Origin: Vibrio vulnificus CMCP6
GTDB lineage: Bacteria; Pseudomonadota; Gammaproteobacteria; Enterobacterales; Vibrionaceae
Direction: 5' to 3'
Length of the DNA stretch: 32,000 nucleotides
Assembly (NCBI RefSeq): GCF_000039765.1
Contig: NC_004459.3
Location: 1,969,126 to 2,001,125 of the forward strand
Under the pieces are notes generated by a model that searched no databases, was not told where the DNA came from, and saw nothing but the letters and a program-made list of their open reading frames with translations. The number at the start of each line of letters is the position of its first letter. Position 1 is the stretch's first letter. The position numbers and the translations under genes were made by a program. Shown here one piece after another: positions 28,520 to 32,000 of this stretch.

Positions 28520-28912
28520 ATCCGTATTCGACGTTTATTTCTCAATATAGTTGGTGGACTCAGTTTATGCCTTGGTATTGCAGGCATTGTCCTTCCTCTG
28601 CTCCCAACCACGCCTTTTATCCTGCTAGCGAGCGCCTGTTTTTTACGTTCTAGCCCGCGATTTCATCATTGGTTACACAGCCACAAAACCTTTGGTCCGG
28701 TACTGGACAATTGGCAACAAAATCGTGCTGTGACGCGTCGCGTTAAACAGCGTGCTATCTTGTTTATTCTGCTGAGCTTCTCTGTTTCTATCTGGATCGC
28801 GCCACTCATGTGGCTAAAGATTGCACTAATGTTTGGTTTAATCGTTTTGCTTGGCATTTTTGTCCGCCTCCCTGTGAGCGACTCGGTTGCCGCGCGACGG
28901 GAAACTGACTAG
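28520..28912 (+). CDS. ybaN: YbaN (DUF454) inner membrane protein; the start codon is non-canonical or unresolved
   Basis: The frame is open from the TAA at 28502-28504. It encodes ..[52 protein letters not shown].., which aligns with E. coli YbaN from its first residue ([50 protein letters not shown]). The first in-frame ATG/GTG/TTG is GTG 28730 (the track ORF), well inside the conserved domain. Candidate starts are ATC 28520, 6 nt after GGGAG at 28509-28513, or ATT 28526. It is adjacent to apt as in E. coli. Confidence 0.75.
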   Translation: [130 protein letters not shown]

Positions 28913-28930
28913 AATTGGGAAGAAAAGTGC

Positions 28931-28960
28931 GCCCACTCTTCGAGTGGGCATTTTGTTTTT
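28931..28960 (+). terminator. Rho-independent terminator after ybaN
   Basis: GCCCACTC (28931-28938) pairs with GAGTGGGC (28942-28949), followed by ATTTTGTTTTT. Confidence 0.8.
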
Positions 28961-29077
28961 AGCGTTACAGAGAATGTTCGACGTCAGCCCTGTAACGATG
29001 AGTACCACCTGTTCTAAGCCCTCATAATAGCGTGACAAAAAGAGAGGGCGATGAGCCAATCTAAGTAAATCGATATT

Positions 29078-29623
29078 ATGACTACAAACACCATTGCACA
29101 GATCCAAGCCAGTATTAAAAGCATCCCAGATTACCCGAAACCAGGTATCCTGTTTCGCGATGTGACCAGCCTTCTAGAAGACGCTCAGGCGTACCAGGCA
29201 ACCATCCAATTGTTGGTTGATAAGTACAAAGACATGGGGTTCACCAAAGTGGTGGGTACTGAAGCGCGTGGTTTCCTATTTGGTGCACCGCTTGCGTTGC
29301 AATTAGGTGTGGGCTTTGTACCTGTACGTAAGCCGGGTAAACTGCCTCGCAACACCATCGCACAATCATACGAACTTGAGTACGGTGTTGATACACTGGA
29401 AATCCATACGGATGCGATTGTTGAAGGTGACAAAGTTTTAGTGGTTGATGACTTGCTTGCGACAGGCGGCACCATTGAAGCGACAACCAAACTGATTCGT
29501 CAGCTTGGCGGTGTGGTTGAGCATGCAGCGTTTGTTATCAATCTACCTGAAATTGGTGGCGACAAGCGTTTGGAAGGTCTTGGCCTTAACGTTTACAGCA
29601 TCTGTGAATTCGAAGGACACTAA
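29078..29623 (+). CDS. apt: Adenine phosphoribosyltransferase
   Basis: 181 aa. The PRPP-binding motif is [13 protein letters not shown]. The N-terminal block is [18 protein letters not shown]. It lies immediately upstream of dnaX. Confidence 0.94.
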   Translation: MTTNTIAQIQASIKSIPDYPKPGILFRDVTSLLEDAQAYQATIQLLVDKYKDMGFTKVVGTEARGFLFGAPLALQLGVGFVPVRKPGKLPRNTIAQSYELEYGVDTLEIHTDAIVEGDKVLVVDDLLATGGTIEATTKLIRQLGGVVEHAAFVINLPEIGGDKRLEGLGLNVYSICEFEGH

Positions 29624-29631
29624 TTAAGTCA

Positions 29632-31836
29632 ATGAGTTATTTAGCTTTAGCGCGAAAATGGCGTCCGCGTCAATTTAAAGAAGTGGTGGGGCAAGGCCAT
29701 GTGCTGACTGCCCTAGAAAATGCTCTTGAGCACAATCGTCTGCACCATGCTTACTTGTTCAGTGGCACACGAGGTGTGGGTAAAACCTCGATTGGTCGCT
29801 TGTTTGCCAAAGCTCTCAACTGCGAAACGGGCATCACCTCAGCGCCTTGTGGACAATGTGATACCTGCCGAGAGATTGAAGAAGGGCGCTTCGTTGATCT
29901 ATTGGAGATTGACGCCGCATCGCGTACTAAAGTTGAAGACACTCGTGAACTGTTAGACAACGTTCAATACAAACCAGCGCGCGGTCGTTTCAAGGTTTAC
30001 TTGATCGACGAAGTGCACATGCTCTCGCGTCACTCTTTTAATGCGTTACTCAAAACCTTAGAAGAGCCGCCAGAGTATGTGAAATTCCTATTGGCAACGA
30101 CGGATCCACAGAAACTTCCTGTGACGATTTTGTCTCGTTGTTTGCAGTTCCACCTTAAGCCGATCACGGTTGATGCTATCCATCAACAGCTCGATTTTAT
30201 TTTGGCAAAAGAAGGTGTCACTGCTCAAGCGCGTGCGCTTGGCATGATCGCGCATGCTGCCGATGGCAGTATGCGTGATGCCCTAAGCTTAACCGATCAA
30301 GCAATTGCGTTAGGCAATGGTCAGATTGAAACCGATCTGGTCAGCCATATGTTAGGTACCATTGACACCGATCAAGCGATCCATCTCTTAGAAGCCATCA
30401 GCAGCAAGCAGCCACAAGTGGCGATGGATAAGATTCAGCAGCTCGCGCAAAATGGTGCGGAGTGGGATGGTTTGTTGCAACAATTGGCGACTCAACTGCA
30501 TCGCATTGCCATGTACCAGCTGTTGCCTTCAAGCCTAGACAAAGCGCAGCCTGATGCAGAAAAAATTGAGCTGCTTAGCCGAGCACTGTCACCACAAGAT
30601 GTTCAGCTGTTTTATCAGATCGCCTTAAAAGGGCGTGATGACCTCTCTTTGGCCCCAAATGGGCGTATCGGGATGGAAATGATTGTGTTGCGTATGATGG
30701 CATTTCGTCCTGCGGATGTGTCGCAAGCGAACATCATTTCTGCGCAAGGTGCGGATCTAGCATCAGCTCCGGCAGCTCAAAGTGCCGCTCCTCAAGTGAG
30801 TACGTCGCCAGCCCAAACGGCCCCGGCGATGAGCGCAAAGCCAAGCGCTGAACGGGTTGCTCCTGCAGAACGTCCTCAAGCGGTCAGTCACGCGCCATCG
30901 CGTCCCACTTCATCGATGAACGCCCCAAGTTCTGTGGCCCCTCAGCCTGTTCAGACAGAGATGCCACCTCAATATGATGCGCCACCGATGGATTATGCCG
31001 ATTATCCACCTATGGATGACATGCCGCCAATGGGTTATGGCTATGAGGATGCAGCCGCATTGCAGCCTGAGCCTCAACCTGCGCCTCAACCTGCGCCGCA
31101 GCACACGCCTGAAAGCGCAAGTCCAGCTTCTGGTGGCTTAACCGGTTTGCGTCATCAATTGCGTTCTCAACGTCAAGGGTTGGCACAAAATGGTGGCTCA
31201 AAAAAGTCTAAAGCGGCATCTGCTGAGAAAGAGTCGGTCCTCGATCGAGTCGCGCAAAAGCAGGCAACTGCAGCGCAGGTGTCGCCACGTCAAAGCCTTG
31301 CGCCGTCAGAGCCTGAAGTAAAAGAGGATGAACCCTATCAATGGCGTCCGAGTCAGCCTGTGGTGCAGTCTAAGAGCAAAGAGCTGACGCCGACGGAAAT
31401 TAAACGTGCACTTGAGCACGAAAAAACGCCAGAAATGGCGGAAAAACTCGTTGCAGAATCGCTCGAGCAGAGTGAGTGGGCAAAACTGATCACTCAGCTC
31501 GAAACGGCAAAATTGGTGGAACAGTTAGCGCTCAACTCGGCGTTTAACAAAGATGGTTCAACCATCGCTTTGACGCTACGTAGCCATCAACAACATTTAA
31601 ATACCGATAAAGCGCAAAAAGAGCTGCTCTCAGCGCTCAACGAAACGCTGGGTGAAACTTGCCATCTCTCTGTGGAAGTCGGAGAGCAAGGTGAGACTCC
31701 TCTAGAGTTACGCGAAAGGCTTTATCAGCAAAAATTACAGCAGGCTTTCACTAGCCTGGAAAATGACACCCATGTTCAGTTTATACTGCGCCGATTCAGT
31801 GCAGAACTGGACAGAGACAGTGTTCGCCCTGTCTGA
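29632..31836 (+). CDS. dnaX: DNA polymerase III subunit tau (full-length DnaX product)
   Basis: 734 aa. It has Walker [10 protein letters not shown], the zinc module [22 protein letters not shown], and the SRC motif LSRCLQF. A long Pro/Ala/Gln-rich linker (residues about 375-520) precedes the tau-specific C-terminus. Confidence 0.95.
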   Translation: MSYLALARKWRPRQFKEVVGQGHVLTALENALEHNRLHHAYLFSGTRGVGKTSIGRLFAKALNCETGITSAPCGQCDTCREIEEGRFVDLLEIDAASRTKVEDTRELLDNVQYKPARGRFKVYLIDEVHMLSRHSFNALLKTLEEPPEYVKFLLATTDPQKLPVTILSRCLQFHLKPITVDAIHQQLDFILAKEGVTAQARALGMIAHAADGSMRDALSLTDQAIALGNGQIETDLVSHMLGTIDTDQAIHLLEAISSKQPQVAMDKIQQLAQNGAEWDGLLQQLATQLHRIAMYQLLPSSLDKAQPDAEKIELLSRALSPQDVQLFYQIALKGRDDLSLAPNGRIGMEMIVLRMMAFRPADVSQANIISAQGADLASAPAAQSAAPQVSTSPAQTAPAMSAKPSAERVAPAERPQAVSHAPSRPTSSMNAPSSVAPQPVQTEMPPQYDAPPMDYADYPPMDDMPPMGYGYEDAAALQPEPQPAPQPAPQHTPESASPASGGLTGLRHQLRSQRQGLAQNGGSKKSKAASAEKESVLDRVAQKQATAAQVSPRQSLAPSEPEVKEDEPYQWRPSQPVVQSKSKELTPTEIKRALEHEKTPEMAEKLVAESLEQSEWAKLITQLETAKLVEQLALNSAFNKDGSTIALTLRSHQQHLNTDKAQKELLSALNETLGETCHLSVEVGEQGETPLELRERLYQQKLQQAFTSLENDTHVQFILRRFSAELDRDSVRPV
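31200..31206 (+). other. dnaX: Candidate dnaX programmed -1 ribosomal frameshift heptamer (predicted gamma subunit)
   Basis: A AAA AAG is in the zero-frame phasing tcA AAA AAG (codons 523-525). After a -1 slip the reading is GTC (31206-31208) then TAA (31209-31211). The shifted product would end ..SKK-V, 526 aa. Confidence 0.65.
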
Positions 31837-31913
31837 ATTTATTCGCGGGGTTGAAATGTTCGACAAACGACCCCATCCATAGTGAAACACCTCATTCAAC
31901 CAGAGAGAAAAAC

Positions 31914-32000
31914 ATGTTTGGTAAAGGCGGTATGGGCAACCTAATGAAGCAAGCCCAACAAATGCAAGAACGCATGCAAAAGCTTCAAGAAGAAATCGCA
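31914..32000 (+). CDS. ybaB: Nucleoid-associated protein YbaB/EbfC, N-terminal 29 codons (runs off the window)
   Basis: ATG 31914 encodes [29 protein letters not shown], the conserved YbaB N-terminus. It lies downstream of dnaX as in most bacteria. Confidence 0.88.
   Translation, partial: MFGKGGMGNLMKQAQQMQERMQKLQEEIA

Noticed and set aside
25689-29077. Whether the segment between purF and apt (a LysR gene, a response regulator, a small ORF and a DUF454 gene) is an inserted accessory island or a novel system.
   Set aside because: All four products match conserved chromosomal families (AphB-like, RssB-like, YbaN). No integrase, transposase, tRNA target or flanking direct repeats are visible, and by eye there is no obvious compositional break from neighbouring genes. 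It looks like a synteny junction, not a mobile island.
31207-31300. A search for an E. coli-like stimulatory stem-loop downstream of the dnaX slippery site.
   Set aside because: Only short palindromes (CTCGATCGAG) and a direct GAGTCG repeat were found, with no stable hairpin at the expected 5-8 nt spacing. I therefore do not claim a downstream stimulator, and the frameshift call rests on the heptamer and the -1 stop.

Overview
This window reads as a conserved chromosomal core region of a Vibrio-like gammaproteobacterium. That call rests on protein N-termini I recognise from E. coli and Vibrio orthologues and on gene order; I ran no database search. The genes are densely packed housekeeping genes. 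In order they are: a partial M16 (insulinase-type) peptidase, sixA, smrB, prmB, aroC, a UPF0126 membrane protein, epmC, yfcL, mnmC, fabB, pdxB, asd (in the usg position), a 1951-aa FimV/HubP-type polar landmark protein, truA, accD, folC, dedD, cvpA, purF, an AphB-like LysR regulator, an RssB-like response regulator, a small membrane ORF, ybaN, apt, dnaX and the start of ybaB. I see no rRNA, tRNA, CRISPR array, transposase, integrase or phage-like module. I also see no convincing candidate for an undescribed defence or accessory system. The most unusual content is inside hubP/fimV. It holds four near-identical in-frame 249-bp tandem repeats with an alternating (ABAB) and mosaic variant pattern, embedded in about 11 degenerate copies of an acidic ELxLPEFGEEDAL core motif. 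Other points worth a second look are listed here. (1) dnaX has an A-AAA-AAG slippery heptamer with a stop two codons into the -1 frame. (2) The ybaN homologue has a conserved N-terminus that lies upstream of any canonical start codon. (3) A 16-bp PurR box sits on the cvpA-purF promoter. (4) A candidate AphB-type operator lies in the aphB/rssB divergent region. (5) A perfect 15-bp palindrome precedes the small ORF and ybaN. Several ORF-track starts are over-extended (aroC, epmC, pdxB, aphB), and I corrected them using N-terminal conservation and Shine-Dalgarno (SD) placement.
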